Assembly (NCBI GenBank): GCA_043754515.1
Contig: JAYUUO010000029.1
Span: 1-18,288 of the forward strand
DNA: 18,288 nt
Direction: 5' to 3'
Source: Armatimonadota bacterium
GTDB lineage: Bacteria > Armatimonadota > Armatimonadia > Armatimonadales > Armatimonadaceae
This document shows positions 17,764 to 18,288 of the stretch, piece by piece. Numbering within the stretch: the first letter of the stretch is position 1; each line of letters starts with the position of its first letter. A program made the translations under genes and the position numbers. The notes under the pieces were generated by a model. The model saw only the letters and a program-made list of their open reading frames with translations. It searched no databases and was not told the origin of the DNA.

Positions 17764-18190
17764 CTAACTACGGGTTGCCCGTGCCCGCCGTTTAGCGAGG
17801 ACTCCTAATCACGGTAGGGTTAGCAGCAACAGTAGCGCGGAAGGCGACTCAGGCACTACAACCCTGCCCGCGCTATAGATGAACGACGCGCTTGCGTGCG
17901 CATTAGTATCGCCGCTGACCGGGTACGCGGGCATGGCACCGGTTTGCCCGTCAAAGGCAGGCATCGAATCCCGTCCATGTAAAGTCGCCAGCGGGGTTCA
18001 CCCCGAAGCCGTCCGCGTAACGGTCAACGACAGGCCCGGCAGACGGATCGCTGAGTCGGTAGGCGATAACGGCGGCATGACTCCCCTGCGCTAGAAAGAT
18101 AGGCGAGGTGAGTGTGGCGAAGCGGAACGTACCGAAACTGCCTGATCCCCCCGTCGGCGTTCCCGTCCCGGGCTTTGTTGCATGAACCGT
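17764..18190 (-). pseudogene. Decayed PEP-CTERM surface protein gene (frameshift, in-frame TGA, VPEP>VPES, N-terminus not found)
   Basis: GTFRFATLTSPIFLAQG...WTGFDA / FDGQTGAMPAYP...ASASFIY..VVPESPSALLLLLTLP*LGVLAKRRAR: PEP-like motif, hydrophobic stretch and basic tail. 5' boundary approximate. Confidence 0.75.
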
Positions 18191-18232
18191 CTTATGGTCA
18201 CGGATGCGAGTAGACGGTATCCTGTGATCTGT

Positions 18233-18285
18233 GAAAAACAACAAGAAACTATCTTCGGGCTGCTCGCCAAAGCAGAAACCGAAGA
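18233..18285 (-). terminator. Probable intrinsic terminator on the minus strand
   Basis: TCTTCGG..CTGCT-loop-AGCAG..CCGAAGA hairpin followed on the minus strand by TTTCTTGTTGTTTTT. Confidence 0.45.
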
Positions 18286-18288
18286 CCG

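Noticed and set aside
1..18288. Genome-wide stop-codon reassignment (code 4, 25 or 15)
   Set aside because: Both TAG and TGA interrupt genes, yet both also end genes at sensible positions (TAG 11900-11902; TGA 1865-1867, 2567-2569, 16705-16707). TGG is used freely and frameshifts co-occur. Decay or damage is more parsimonious, though recoding is not formally excluded.

Overview
GC-rich bacterial chromosomal window. An Armatimonadota/PVC-like origin is inferred from the PEP-CTERM, H-X9-DG/DUF1559-type, GspG-like and Uma2 gene content. Apparently intact genes encode an ECF sigma factor, a zinc-ribbon membrane protein, a permuted papain-like amidase, a TPR-PP2C (SpoIIE) phosphatase, a sialate O-acetylesterase, a TrmH/SpoU methyltransferase, an SDR oxidoreductase, a Uma2 nuclease, a GspG-like protein and an FGE/SUMF1-like protein. 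The strongest signal, invisible in the ORF track, is six coding frames interrupted by single in-frame TAG/TGA codons with coherent protein sequence continuing beyond them: a ZAS anti-sigma factor, an ADP-ribosylglycohydrolase/dual-specificity-phosphatase fusion, a small membrane protein, a triple PH-like-repeat membrane protein, an H-X9-DG remnant and a PEP-CTERM gene. Two of these also carry frameshifts. Most of the stops fit C>T/G>A transitions, which suggests ongoing decay of accessory genes or deamination-type sequence damage rather than recoding. No rRNA, tRNA, CRISPR array or transposase was found. Family assignments are from motif recognition by eye; no database search was run.
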